NCBI GenBank assembly: GCA_050250895.1
Contig: JBFWNU010000001.1
Coordinates: forward strand, 3,459,247-3,523,246
From: Vulcanimicrobiota bacterium
Lineage (GTDB): Bacteria; Vulcanimicrobiota; Xenobia; Xenobiales; JADMJV01
Direction of reading: 5' to 3'
DNA: 64,000 nucleotides
Position 1 is the first letter of the stretch. Each line of letters starts with the position of its first letter. Made by a program: the position numbers and the translations under genes. The notes beneath the pieces were generated by a model. The model saw only the letters and a program-made list of their open reading frames with translations. It was not told the origin of the DNA and made no database searches. Below are positions 1 through 9,415 of the stretch, in pieces.

Positions 1-90
1 GGCTTATGCCCGGCTCTGGGTCTGGCTCACGAGTCGTTCGCAGCCTTCTTACGTCGCCAGTTCCCGGCTCAGGCCTCGCGGCTGTGCAAG

Positions 91-3000
91 ATGCTGGCGG
101 GGTGGGCGGTGCACTCGCTGCTGACCGCCAATGAGGCTCGCCTCAAGAGCGCTCAGACCCGCGAGTGGGCCCGCTTCAACTTCATCCGGCTGTTCGACTG
201 GTCGCTCCAGTCGGGGGATAAGGATGTGCTGGAGTGGGTGGTCCGCTGCAAGGACCTGCAGAAGAAGCGAATCTCGATCTCGGGCACCCTCGAAGGCGCC
301 TCGCTCTTCCACCAGAAGATCCAGATTCTCAACCTCTGGGAAACTTCGCTGATGACGCTGGTCGAAAGTCACGGAGCCAAAGACCTCCGCGACGAGTGGG
401 CCTGGGCCCTCAGCAGCCGGGCATTGACCTTCCTCAAGCTGGGCGATCACCATCGTGCCCTGGGCGACATCCAGAAAGCGGTCGAACTCTTCGACACGCT
501 GGTGGAAAAAGAGGGCCAGGGAGAGTTCCGCAACGGTCTGGCCGCGGCCCACAACCGACGCAGCGAGATCTATCGTCAGCTCGGTGACTATCAGAACTCT
601 TTGCTGGACGCCCGCCGGGCCGTCGAGATCTATACCGATCTGGTCGAAGATCACGGTCGCGAGGACCTGCGCTACCTGCTGGGCATGGCTCACCACAACC
701 GCGCCGTCATCTATCGGATGCAGCGAAATCCGGCCGAGGCGCGCAAGGACTGTGAAAAGGCTGCCGAGATCACCCAGCGCCTGATGGACGTCGAAGGCGG
801 AGACACCCATAAGCAGAGGCTGGCTGCGGTCTGCAATACCTGGGGCCTCATCAACCTCAGTCTCGACGACTACAACGGCGCCATCTCGCAGAGCGGTAAG
901 GCGGTTCAGCTTTATAACGATCTGGTCGAGCAAGCTGGCCGTAAGGATCTTAAAAACGAACTGGCCTCAGCCCACAACAACCGGGGCAGCGCCTACCACC
1001 GTCTGGGTGAGTTCGAGCGCGCCAGCCGCGATTATGGCAAGACCATCTCTTTGCGCAATCTGCTCATCGACGAGGGTCGCCTCGACCTGCGCGACGACCT
1101 GGCTCAGACTTATACCAATCGCGCCATCGTCCAGGATTCGCTGGGTCAGCCCCACGAAGTCATTCGGGACTACACCAAGGCGATCGAGCTGCGCAAACAG
1201 CTGGTCGAAGAGGAGGGCAAGGTCGCCCAGAAGTTCGACCTGGCTCAGAACTATCTCTACCGCGGTCTGGGCTCGAAATCGGCTGGCGACCTCGAGGCCG
1301 CAGGTCGCGACTTCGACCAGTCGGCCCGTCTGTTCACTGATTTCTACAAGGCCAACGGCGAGGCCGCCCGCGAGCTGGCCCTGGCCTTCAATAACAAGAC
1401 TTCAGTGCATCTGGCCCTGGGACAGTCAGCCGAGGCCGCCCAAACCAGTCAGGTGTTAATCTCGCTGTTGGGCAATGCCCAGTCGGTGCCGGCCGAAGCC
1501 CTGGCCAGCGCCTACCGTAACCAGGGCCAGTCGCTGCGCAGCCTGGGCAAGTTCGCCAACGCCGAGCAGAGCTACTCTGAGGCGGTCAACCTGCTGACCC
1601 GGATGATCGAGCAAGAGAACCGCCTCGACCTGCTGGGAGAACTGGCCGTGTCTCTACAGAGCCGGGCCTCGGTCAGCCTGGCTTCGGGCAATGTCGATAC
1701 CGCCATCGTCGACTGCGCCAAGTCGATCGAGGCGCTGACCGTGCTCATCGAGAAGGCCCAACGGCGCGATCTGTTTCCCGATCTCGGGTCGGCCTATGGT
1801 CTGCGAGCTCAGGCCTATAACGAGGCCGAGCGCTACACCGAAGCCCTGGAAGACCTCACCCACGCCTTCAAGCTGTTCGGCTTTTTGTCAGAGCAAGGTC
1901 TCGAGGCCATCGACGAGGATTTCGCCCGCGCCTACCGGCAACGGGCCATCGCTCGCCTGCGGACCGGCGACCCTCAAGGCGCCCTGCACGACACCAACGA
2001 GGCTATTCGGCTGTTTCTGGCCACTCGCCAACGCAACCAGCGGGGGCCGTGGTTGCAAGAACTGGCCCGCACCTGGACTGTGCGTGGAGGCATCTTCTAT
2101 GTGCTCAAGGATTTCGGCCAGGCCGAGAACCAGCTCAACGACGCCGTCGAGCAGTTCCAGAATATGGTTGCCGACGGGCGGTTCGAGTTTTTCACCGATC
2201 TGGCCAACGCACTCTATCAGCGAGCTCAGAACGCGCAGCGCAGCGCCAAGATCGACAAAGTGCTCGAAGAGTTCTCGCGCATCGTCAACCTGGCTCAACA
2301 GACCATGGCTCGAAGCCCCGAGGCCGACCTGCATCAGGTGGTGGCCTCGACCCTCATCCGCCGGGCCAAGGTCTATCAAGAACAGGGAATGTTCCAAGAG
2401 GCCTATCAAGACTTCGAGAACGCCTTGACGGTGTTCCGTAAGCTGGTGGGCGAGGAGGAGCGCTACGAACTGGCCCCGCAACTGGCCTCAGCCTTCCTCT
2501 CGCGCGCTCGCTTGTTGGATTCGGCCGGCCATCCCGAGCCGGCCATCAACGACTACACCGAGGCGCTCAACATCTGCCGAGCGCTGGTGTCGCAGGGTAA
2601 CAGCTCTCTCACCAACACGATGGCCACTTCACTCAAGGAACGCGCCCAGGCCAACAAGGCCACGGGACGCATTCCGCAAGCGGCCGAAGACATCGGCGGC
2701 GCCATCAACCTGCAGATGCAGCTGGCCCGCACGGCGCCCACTCCCGAGCTGTTCGCCGAGCTGGGCTCGAGCCTGCTAATTCAGGGCAATCTCTATCAGG
2801 GTGCCGGGCAGGTCAACGAGGCTGCTCAGAGCTACGACAAGGCTATTCAGCTCTATACCAGCCTGGTCGAAGGTCAGGGCAAGAAGGAATACTCCGGCGA
2901 GCTGGCCCAGTGCCTGATGGCTCGCACCTCGCTCGCCGGCGGCGGCGCCGCCCGCGATCCGCATACCCTCAACGTGCTGACCAAGGCTGTCCAGCTGGTG

Positions 3001-3564
3001 ACCCAGCAGGCCCGCGACGGCATGCCGGTTCCCCGCGGCTTCCCCCTCGACTGTCTGCAGAGCGTGGTCGAGCTGGTCAACAACCAGGGCTCGGAAGCGG
3101 CTCCGGAACTGGTCGACTCGGTGCTCAGGCTGCTCGAAGTAGTGGTGGCCAACTCGAAGTCGGCGGGTCAGGACTTCGTCAAGATGACCGACCTGCTGCT
3201 GGCGGCCAGCGCCGGTCTGGCCGACGATCGCCGCTCCTCACGGCGCGCCCACTTCTTGTCGCTGGCCTGCGTGAGCTGCAACCGCGAGATCCAGGTCTTC
3301 GGTAAGAACTCGCTGCCTCGCCTGGTCTACTGTTTGTATGAACTCGGCCAGGCGCTCGAGCGCTCCAAACCGCCCGAGGCGCTCGCCTACGTGGGTGGAA
3401 GCTTCGGCCTGTTGCTGGAGCTGATCGGTCGCTATCAGGGTAGTGAAGACTTCAAGCGCGAGCTGAAAATGATGGTCTCGACCTGGCGCTCGCTGCCACC
3501 GGCCGTGCCGGCCCTGGCCAACGTCTCGCGGCACACCCTCTCGCAGCTATTGAAGATCACCTAG
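91..3564 (+). CDS. Large TPR-repeat protein (1157 aa)
   Basis: Long ORF with many 34-aa TPR-like units (e.g. AHNNRGSAYHRLGEFERASRDYGKTI, AHHNRAVIYRMQRNPAEARKDCEKA). ATG at 91 is the first start in the window, so the true start could lie upstream. Antisense ORFs over it look like GC-rich shadows. Confidence 0.8.
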   Translation: MLAGWAVHSLLTANEARLKSAQTREWARFNFIRLFDWSLQSGDKDVLEWVVRCKDLQKKRISISGTLEGASLFHQKIQILNLWETSLMTLVESHGAKDLRDEWAWALSSRALTFLKLGDHHRALGDIQKAVELFDTLVEKEGQGEFRNGLAAAHNRRSEIYRQLGDYQNSLLDARRAVEIYTDLVEDHGREDLRYLLGMAHHNRAVIYRMQRNPAEARKDCEKAAEITQRLMDVEGGDTHKQRLAAVCNTWGLINLSLDDYNGAISQSGKAVQLYNDLVEQAGRKDLKNELASAHNNRGSAYHRLGEFERASRDYGKTISLRNLLIDEGRLDLRDDLAQTYTNRAIVQDSLGQPHEVIRDYTKAIELRKQLVEEEGKVAQKFDLAQNYLYRGLGSKSAGDLEAAGRDFDQSARLFTDFYKANGEAARELALAFNNKTSVHLALGQSAEAAQTSQVLISLLGNAQSVPAEALASAYRNQGQSLRSLGKFANAEQSYSEAVNLLTRMIEQENRLDLLGELAVSLQSRASVSLASGNVDTAIVDCAKSIEALTVLIEKAQRRDLFPDLGSAYGLRAQAYNEAERYTEALEDLTHAFKLFGFLSEQGLEAIDEDFARAYRQRAIARLRTGDPQGALHDTNEAIRLFLATRQRNQRGPWLQELARTWTVRGGIFYVLKDFGQAENQLNDAVEQFQNMVADGRFEFFTDLANALYQRAQNAQRSAKIDKVLEEFSRIVNLAQQTMARSPEADLHQVVASTLIRRAKVYQEQGMFQEAYQDFENALTVFRKLVGEEERYELAPQLASAFLSRARLLDSAGHPEPAINDYTEALNICRALVSQGNSSLTNTMATSLKERAQANKATGRIPQAAEDIGGAINLQMQLARTAPTPELFAELGSSLLIQGNLYQGAGQVNEAAQSYDKAIQLYTSLVEGQGKKEYSGELAQCLMARTSLAGGGAARDPHTLNVLTKAVQLVTQQARDGMPVPRGFPLDCLQSVVELVNNQGSEAAPELVDSVLRLLEVVVANSKSAGQDFVKMTDLLLAASAGLADDRRSSRRAHFLSLACVSCNREIQVFGKNSLPRLVYCLYELGQALERSKPPEALAYVGGSFGLLLELIGRYQGSEDFKRELKMMVSTWRSLPPAVPALANVSRHTLSQLLKIT

Positions 3565-4346
3565 CCGGCGGTGTCGCTCCACTCGTAAGAGTGCTTCAGC
3601 CTGGGTTCGCGTAGCTCCACCGGCTTTTGCTTAGATTTGTTGGAGCGGATATTGAGCATCTCGACCATGGCCGAGAAGGCCATCGAGAAGTAGATGTACG
3701 GCTTGGGAATGTGATGGCCGAGTCCCTCGCCGACTAACGACAAGCCGATTAGCAGCAAGAAGGACAGGGCCAGCATCTTGACCGAGGGGTGCGCTTCGAC
3801 GAACGAACTGATGCGCTCGGCCGCCAGCATCATGGCTCCCACCGCGATGACGATGGCGGCGATCATGACGGGTACCTGGTCGACCATCCCGACCGCGGTA
3901 ATGACGGAATCGAGCGAAAAGACGATATCCAGCAGGGCGATCGAGACAATCACTTTGCCGAAGCTGGCGGCACGCGAGGATTCGGCGAGGGCCTCGGCCT
4001 CGTCACCCTCCATCTTCTCGTGGATCTCGTGGGTGGCCTTATAGATCAAGAACAACCCGCCGAACAACAGAATCAGGTCGCGTCCCGAAAAGCCACCCTT
4101 CTTGATGAGGTCCAGGTAGAAGAGCGGCTCGGTCAAGTGGGCCAACCAGCTCAAGCAGAGCAGCAGCAGAATGCGCGTGCCCATGGCCAGGGCCAGGCCG
4201 AGCTGGCGAGCTTTCGGCTGCTCTTCCGTGGGAAGCCTGGCCGACACGATCGAGATAAAAATGATGTTGTCGATGCCGAGAACGATCTCAAGGACCGTCA
4301 GTGTCACCAGTGCGATCCAGATCTCCGGGTTGGTGAGCCATTCCAT
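3561..4346 (-). CDS. TerC family integral membrane protein
   Basis: N-terminus MEWLTNPEIWIALVTLTVLEIVLGIDNIIFISI matches the TerC/YjbE-type signature (EIxLxxDNxIFI). Multiple hydrophobic helices. 4-nt overlap with the convergent TPR gene stop. Confidence 0.88.
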   Translation of the reverse strand: MEWLTNPEIWIALVTLTVLEIVLGIDNIIFISIVSARLPTEEQPKARQLGLALAMGTRILLLLCLSWLAHLTEPLFYLDLIKKGGFSGRDLILLFGGLFLIYKATHEIHEKMEGDEAEALAESSRAASFGKVIVSIALLDIVFSLDSVITAVGMVDQVPVMIAAIVIAVGAMMLAAERISSFVEAHPSVKMLALSFLLLIGLSLVGEGLGHHIPKPYIYFSMAFSAMVEMLNIRSNKSKQKPVELREPRLKHSYEWSDTAG

Positions 4347-4547
4347 CCCCGTCGTATTGGGCTCGCCGGTCGGGACTCCTCCAGGAAACCCATTGATGTT
4401 TTCTTGAGGTGGTGAACCTCAGAGGCGTTCCACCGGCGGCCCTGGCGAAGCGAGCGCAATCATGACGCTGTTTACATGCCGGCAATACCATGTGCTATCT
4501 GCTTTATAATAATGCCCATGGACAAGTCAAGAGGAGGCTACATCATC

Positions 4548-5351
4548 ATGAGAGTCAATACGTTTCAACCCACGCCCGTGTTGGCCCGCGCCAACAGCAA
4601 TAACGCTCCTGCTCAGGAACCCACCAAAGAGCAGGGCCAACAGCCCCAGGCCGGCCAGGGCCAGAACCCGCCCGACGCCATGGCCCAGCAGATCGTCGAC
4701 AGTCTGGTGTCTTCACCCGAGTTCACCAAGAAAGCCCTGACCAAACTGGGCAAAGGCGACGAGTTGACCATCGTGGTCAACGACGCCGAGGTGATCAAGG
4801 TCCGCAACGAAGGCCCGACCATGACCCAGAAGTTTCTCAAGGGCGCCAACAGTATCTTCACGGCCGCCAGCAGCGAGGCTGCTCACATCGTGCAGGCCGA
4901 CCCCGCCTTCGCCTTCAAAGAAGCCGCTCTGGGTGTAAGAACTCAGGTTGAAGGCGGCATTCCTAGAGAGATGGCCGGAACCCTCGAGGATGCTTTCCTG
5001 CCGATGCTGCGCATCGCCGCTCTTGCTCTCGACAGCAAGAAGGCCATAGACACCTGGAAGAACAAGGACTCGAGCATGCTCGACAAAGGTGTGGACACGG
5101 CTCACGTCGTGACCGACCTGGTCGGCCTGGCCGGCGCTCTGGGATACAAGTATATTCCGGCGCTCAACGCTTACGCTCCGACCCTGACCGCTATCGGTCT
5201 GGCCGGCGACGTGCTGGCCTACTCGATCCACGTGCTCCAGTACCTGCGCGAGCGTGGACAGGTCAACCTCAACGAGCAGCAGCCCCCCGCCCCGCCCCAG
5301 CAGTTCAACCTTGCCGGGCCGGCCAGCAACAATCAGGCGAACGCTGCCTAG
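4548..5351 (+). CDS. Hypothetical protein with Q/P-rich N-terminus and hydrophobic Gly/Ala-rich C-terminal region
   Basis: ATG at 4548 is preceded by GAGGAGG (4531-4537). This start is preferred over the track start at 4476. No recognisable domain and no classical signal peptide. A terminator follows. Confidence 0.6.
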   Translation: MRVNTFQPTPVLARANSNNAPAQEPTKEQGQQPQAGQGQNPPDAMAQQIVDSLVSSPEFTKKALTKLGKGDELTIVVNDAEVIKVRNEGPTMTQKFLKGANSIFTAASSEAAHIVQADPAFAFKEAALGVRTQVEGGIPREMAGTLEDAFLPMLRIAALALDSKKAIDTWKNKDSSMLDKGVDTAHVVTDLVGLAGALGYKYIPALNAYAPTLTAIGLAGDVLAYSIHVLQYLRERGQVNLNEQQPPAPPQQFNLAGPASNNQANAA

Positions 5352-5371
5352 AAAGCTCCTGGCTTGTCCGA

Positions 5372-5398
5372 GACCCCCGCTTCGTCGGGGGTTTTTTG
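5372..5398 (+). terminator. Rho-independent terminator
   Basis: GACCCCCG-cttcgt-CGGGGGT hairpin followed by TTTTTT, directly after the stop of the 4548-5351 CDS. Confidence 0.7.
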
Positions 5399-5449
5399 CG
5401 TTTGTAGGCGCTTCCAGGGAGGCTGGCGGGGCACAGAGAAAGGGAAGCG

Positions 5450-5782
5450 ATGGCCATGATGAACTGCCCCAAATGTCGGGTCGAGATGCTCGGTCTTGCC
5501 CTGCTCGGGGTCGAGATCGAGGTCTGTCCATTGTGCAATGGGTCCTGGCTCGACAAGAACGAACTGACCCAGATCACGCGCTCGCGGGGCAAGAACGCGG
5601 TGGCCGTCAAGATCATTTCCAAGCGGCCAACGCAATTTCGCTGCCCTCGCTGCCGAGTGCCGCTAGAAGAAGGCTCGCATGTCGACGATCCGGGTTTCTT
5701 GATCGACGAATGCTCGCAGTGTGGGGGAATCTGGCTGGATCGGGGCGAGCTCACTCGCCTCATTTCGCGGGGGGACGCCTAG
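5450..5782 (+). CDS. Tandem TFIIB-type zinc-ribbon protein (zf-TFIIB-like, two CxxC...CxxC units)
   Basis: Two copies of the pattern: CPKCRVEM...CPLCNGSWLDKNELTQI and CPRCRVPL...CSQCGGIWLDRGELTRLI. Confidence 0.75.
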   Translation: MAMMNCPKCRVEMLGLALLGVEIEVCPLCNGSWLDKNELTQITRSRGKNAVAVKIISKRPTQFRCPRCRVPLEEGSHVDDPGFLIDECSQCGGIWLDRGELTRLISRGDA

Positions 5783-5793
5783 AGGACCGCGGT

Positions 5794-7101
5794 TTAGTGG
5801 TCTTTGTTCGGGGCGGCCAGCTTCCTGGGCTCCTCGTCTTCTAGTTCGACCGCTTCTTTGGGGGTCGAGGCCAGATCTTCGGCGATCTCGATGCCGCCCT
5901 TGTAGCCCAGCTCCCAGCCCTCTTTCAGCCCGGCCATAGCGCCCACGACGGCCCCTTTGCCGGCGCGATAGAACACGCGCAGGTTATCCTTGGGAATGTC
6001 TTCGCCGTGAGCCGCGCTCACCGCCTTGTCGACTTCTTTGACCACGGCGCGATTGAAACCGTATTTGCCGTCGATGATCGAGGTCAGGCTGGCCGTGATC
6101 ACGCCGACGGCGGTGCCGATGGCTACCCCAACGGGACCACCGATGGCGCCGGCCACGACCGCTCCCGGAATCACCTTACCGATGTTGGTAGCGAACAGCA
6201 TCAGAGGCTTGGCGATCTGGACGCGTTCGGTTTCATCGGGGCCTTTGAGCGACTCGAGCGCTCCGATGATGGCTCCGCCCGGAGCGTTGATCAGCACGCC
6301 GGTGGCCCCACACAGGACTCCCATGCCCATCTTCAAGGCTTTTCCGATACCCATCGGTTGGTTTTTAAGGGGCTTGTCGGCCGCTTCTTCGGCAGGCTTT
6401 TCGGCCTTCAGTTCTTCGATGACGTGGTCGAACCCGTCGGCAGCCCCGGCAGCCAGGATGGTGCCGGCTGTCTTGCCCAGTTCGAAATTGGTCTTCAGGC
6501 CTTCCCAGGCCCCGACCAGGGCACCCCGGGTGGCGCGGCCAACGTCGTTGTTCTTCGAGACGTTCTTATTGGCCTTGTCGACCTTCTCGGTGACATTGTC
6601 GAGCAGGGTATCGATGGAGTGCGAACGGCTCTCGAGGTGGTTGGCGATGTTGCCCGCCACATAGCCGGCGGCGGCGCCGCAAATCATTCCCACCGGTCCA
6701 CCCACCAGCCAGCCGGCCGCTCCGCCCATCACGGTGTTGGACAGGGCGTAGCTGGTAGCCGAGATGGCTCGAATCTGTTCTTTGCTCTTGCCGCGGGCAA
6801 CTCCCAGACCGACCGCGATCCCCTCAGGGATGCCGCACAACGCGTTGAAGCCGGCCAGGCCCCAGCCGGCGGCTTTGACCAGGAGTTTGCGCAGTCCCCG
6901 CGACTTCTTCTTCTCGGGCGCCGGTGGCGCCACCAGTTCGGTGCTGGTCTCGGGTGAGCCGATCTCTACCTTCTCTTGAGGGACTGGCACCACCGCTCCC
7001 TGGCCCGTGTAGGGTACCAGCGCCCGGCACTCTGAGGGCTTGGAGCCCTCGGCCCGATGGGCAGGGGAAAGAGAGCGTGCTATCGGTGGCGTGATCTGCA
7101 T
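5794..7101 (-). CDS. Hypothetical glycine-zipper-rich membrane protein
   Basis: Repeated GxxxG/AxxxG stretches (GGAAGWLVGGPVGMICGAAAGYVAG; GAVVAGAIGGPVGVAIGTAVGVI). ATG at 7101 is preferred. The track start at 7188 is a TTG only 6 nt from the divergent lepA ATG. Confidence 0.6.
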   Translation of the reverse strand: MQITPPIARSLSPAHRAEGSKPSECRALVPYTGQGAVVPVPQEKVEIGSPETSTELVAPPAPEKKKSRGLRKLLVKAAGWGLAGFNALCGIPEGIAVGLGVARGKSKEQIRAISATSYALSNTVMGGAAGWLVGGPVGMICGAAAGYVAGNIANHLESRSHSIDTLLDNVTEKVDKANKNVSKNNDVGRATRGALVGAWEGLKTNFELGKTAGTILAAGAADGFDHVIEELKAEKPAEEAADKPLKNQPMGIGKALKMGMGVLCGATGVLINAPGGAIIGALESLKGPDETERVQIAKPLMLFATNIGKVIPGAVVAGAIGGPVGVAIGTAVGVITASLTSIIDGKYGFNRAVVKEVDKAVSAAHGEDIPKDNLRVFYRAGKGAVVGAMAGLKEGWELGYKGGIEIAEDLASTPKEAVELEDEEPRKLAAPNKDH

Positions 7102-7193
7102 GGTGAGTTTCTGACAAAAACATACCGTGCTACCCTTAAAAAAAGCATGAAACGCAGGAACAATGCGCTCGTGGTGTAAGTTCGGCAAAGTCC

Positions 7194-8993
7194 ATGAATC
7201 AGAGTCATATCCGCAATTTTTGTATCATTGCCCACATCGATCACGGCAAGTCGACCCTGGCTGATCGCCTGCTCGAGCTGACGGGGACTCTGTCAGAACG
7301 AGAGATGGCCGAACAGGTCCTCGACTCGATGGATCTCGAGCGCGAGCGGGGCATTACCATCAAGAGCCATCCGGTGACGCTTTACCACGACGCCGCCGAC
7401 GGTCAGCGCTACCAGTTGAATCTTTTGGACACGCCCGGGCACGTTGACTTTACCTATGAGGTCTCGCGCTCGCTGGCCGCCTGCGAGGGAGCCTTGCTGG
7501 TGGTGGACGCCGCTCAGGGCGTCGAAGCTCAGACCATGGCCAACTATTTCATGGCCGTCAATCAGAATCTGACCGTCATCCCGGTCATCAACAAGATCGA
7601 CCTGCCCGCCGCCGACCCCGACCGCGTCAAGCACGAAATCGAAGAGGTCCTGGCCCTACCGGCCGACGAGGCCGTGCTGATTTCAGCCAAGAGTGGTATC
7701 GGCATCGAGGGCGTGCTCGAGGCCATCGTCAACCGCATTCCACCGCCTACCGGCGATCGCGAGCAGCCTCTGCGAGCCCTCATCATCGACTCTCACTATG
7801 ACCAGTACCGGGGGGTCATCCCGCTCTTTCGGGTGGTCGACGGCGAAGTTCGGCAGGGAACCCAGGTGTACATGATGACCACCGGCAAGAAGTTCGAAGT
7901 CGACGAAGTGGGCTTTTTCAAGCCGGCACCCGAGCCTTGCGAGGTTCTGCGCGGCGGCGATGTGGGCTATCTGGTGGCCCAGATTCGCGAGATCGCCGAC
8001 ACCCGCGTGGGCGACACCATCACCCTGGCCGGCAAGGCGGGCGCCACCCAGCCCTTGCCAGGCTATCGCGAAGTGGTCTCGATGGTCTATTGCGGGCTCT
8101 ATCCGGTGGACTCGGTGGATTATGAAGCTCTCCGCGATGCCCTGGGTAAACTCAAGCTCAACGATGCGGCTCTCGTCTATGAACCCGAGACTTCGGTGGC
8201 CCTGGGCTTTGGCTTTCGCATTGGCTTCTTGGGCCTGCTCCACATGGAGATCGTACAGGAAAGGCTCGAGCGCGAGTTCGACCTCAACCTGTTGGCCACC
8301 GCCCCTAGCGTCATCTACGACGTCTATCTCAAGTCGGGTGACATGATCAAGATTCAAAACCCTTACGACCTTCCGGGCGTGCAAGATATCGACCGCATCG
8401 AAGAGCCTATCGTGAAAGCCACCGTCATCACGCCCGAAGACTATGTGGGTGCGGTGATGGACCTGTGCCAGAGTCGGCGCGGCGTATTCAAGACCATGGA
8501 ATATCCATCGGATGGACGCTGCTCGCTTCACTACGAGATTCCTCTAGGCGAGATCATCACCGACTTCTTCGACCAGCTCAAATCGCGCACCCGGGGCTAT
8601 GCCTCGCTCGACTACGAGCTTTTTGGCATGGCGGCGGCCCACCTGGTGCGCCTGGATGTGCTGGTCCACAAGGAGAAGGTCGATGCTCTCTCGACCATCG
8701 TTCACCGCGACAAGGCCGAGTACGTAGGCCGGGCGCTGGTGGAAAAGCTCAAGGAAGTGATTCCACGCCAACAGTTCGAAGTGCCGGTCCAGGCTGCCCT
8801 GGGCACCAAGGTGATCGCTCGCGAGACAGTGCGGGCCCTGCGCAAGAACGTGCTGGCCAAGTGTTACGGTGGTGACATCAGCCGCAAGCGCAAGCTGCTC
8901 GAGAAGCAGAAAGAGGGCAAGCGTCGCATGAAGCGGGTGGGCAACGTCGAGATTCCTCAAGAGGCGTTTCTGGCCGTGCTCAAGGTCGGTTGA
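7194..8993 (+). CDS. lepA: Elongation factor 4 (LepA)
   Basis: [23 protein letters not shown]1 motif, [13 protein letters not shown], and the characteristic LepA C-terminus ([37 protein letters not shown]). 599 aa. Confidence 0.97.
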   Translation: MNQSHIRNFCIIAHIDHGKSTLADRLLELTGTLSEREMAEQVLDSMDLERERGITIKSHPVTLYHDAADGQRYQLNLLDTPGHVDFTYEVSRSLAACEGALLVVDAAQGVEAQTMANYFMAVNQNLTVIPVINKIDLPAADPDRVKHEIEEVLALPADEAVLISAKSGIGIEGVLEAIVNRIPPPTGDREQPLRALIIDSHYDQYRGVIPLFRVVDGEVRQGTQVYMMTTGKKFEVDEVGFFKPAPEPCEVLRGGDVGYLVAQIREIADTRVGDTITLAGKAGATQPLPGYREVVSMVYCGLYPVDSVDYEALRDALGKLKLNDAALVYEPETSVALGFGFRIGFLGLLHMEIVQERLEREFDLNLLATAPSVIYDVYLKSGDMIKIQNPYDLPGVQDIDRIEEPIVKATVITPEDYVGAVMDLCQSRRGVFKTMEYPSDGRCSLHYEIPLGEIITDFFDQLKSRTRGYASLDYELFGMAAAHLVRLDVLVHKEKVDALSTIVHRDKAEYVGRALVEKLKEVIPRQQFEVPVQAALGTKVIARETVRALRKNVLAKCYGGDISRKRKLLEKQKEGKRRMKRVGNVEIPQEAFLAVLKVG

Positions 8994-8999
8994 CCCGTT

Positions 9000-9008
9000 T
9001 GCTATAAT
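9000..9008 (+). promoter_or_regulatory. Candidate extended -10 promoter element (TGcTATAAT)
   Basis: TGCTATAAT lies about 33 nt upstream of the ATG at 9042. GGAGG at 9030-9034 serves as the SD. An AT-rich hexamer is conspicuous in a GC-rich genome. Confidence 0.4.
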
Positions 9009-9041
9009 GGGCTTGTGGGAGTAACCATTGGAGGTTTCTAA

Positions 9042-9368
9042 ATGATCATAGTAACAGACGCTGCCAAAGACGAAGTCCGGCGGCTCATCGGTGAGCACGA
9101 GTTGTCTGATTCGGTGCTGCGGATGGGCGTGCGTGGGGGCGGATGTTCGGGATTGTCCTACACTCTGGGTTTCGACAAAGAAGTGTCCGAATACGACACG
9201 GTCATCGAACTCGACGAAGGAGTCAAGATAGCCGTAGACATGAAGAGCTACCTTTATCTCAAGGGCACCGAACTCGACTTCACCAAGGACCTGCTCGGGG
9301 GCGGCTTCAAGTTCAACAATCCGAACGCCCGCAAAAGCTGCGGTTGCGGTAGCTCCTTCCAGGTTTAG
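9042..9368 (+). CDS. Iron-sulfur cluster insertion/assembly accessory protein (HesB/IscA/ErpA family)
   Basis: 108 aa with GGGCSGLSY and the C-terminal CGCGSSF motif typical of A-type carriers. Confidence 0.9.
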   Translation: MIIVTDAAKDEVRRLIGEHELSDSVLRMGVRGGGCSGLSYTLGFDKEVSEYDTVIELDEGVKIAVDMKSYLYLKGTELDFTKDLLGGGFKFNNPNARKSCGCGSSFQV

Positions 9369-9387
9369 TATCACCTGGCCACGAAGA

Positions 9388-9415
9388 CAGGGTCCTCACA
9401 GGGGCCCTGTTTTTT
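9388..9415 (+). terminator. Rho-independent terminator
   Basis: CAGGGTCC-tcaca-GGGGCCCTG hairpin followed by TTTTTT, ending immediately before the ATG at 9416. Confidence 0.65.

Noticed and set aside
49-933. Long antisense or out-of-frame ORFs opposite well-supported genes (e.g. 49-933, 13395-14309, 20767-21501, 38338-39258, 39436-40581, 48587-49858, 62443-63453)
   Set aside because: They have high Arg/Gly/Pro/Ala/Leu content and no recognisable motifs. Each fully overlaps a gene with strong family signatures. This is typical shadow-ORF behaviour in high-GC DNA.
4347-4475. Mn2+-sensing yybP-ykoY riboswitch upstream of the TerC-family gene
   Set aside because: TerC genes are often controlled by this riboswitch. 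Reading the minus-strand 5' region, I did not find the conserved GGGGAGUAG-type loop or the paired conserved bulge. Only a generic hairpin is present (GGTGGAAC...GGTTCACC). A covariance-model scan (Rfam RF00080) would settle it.
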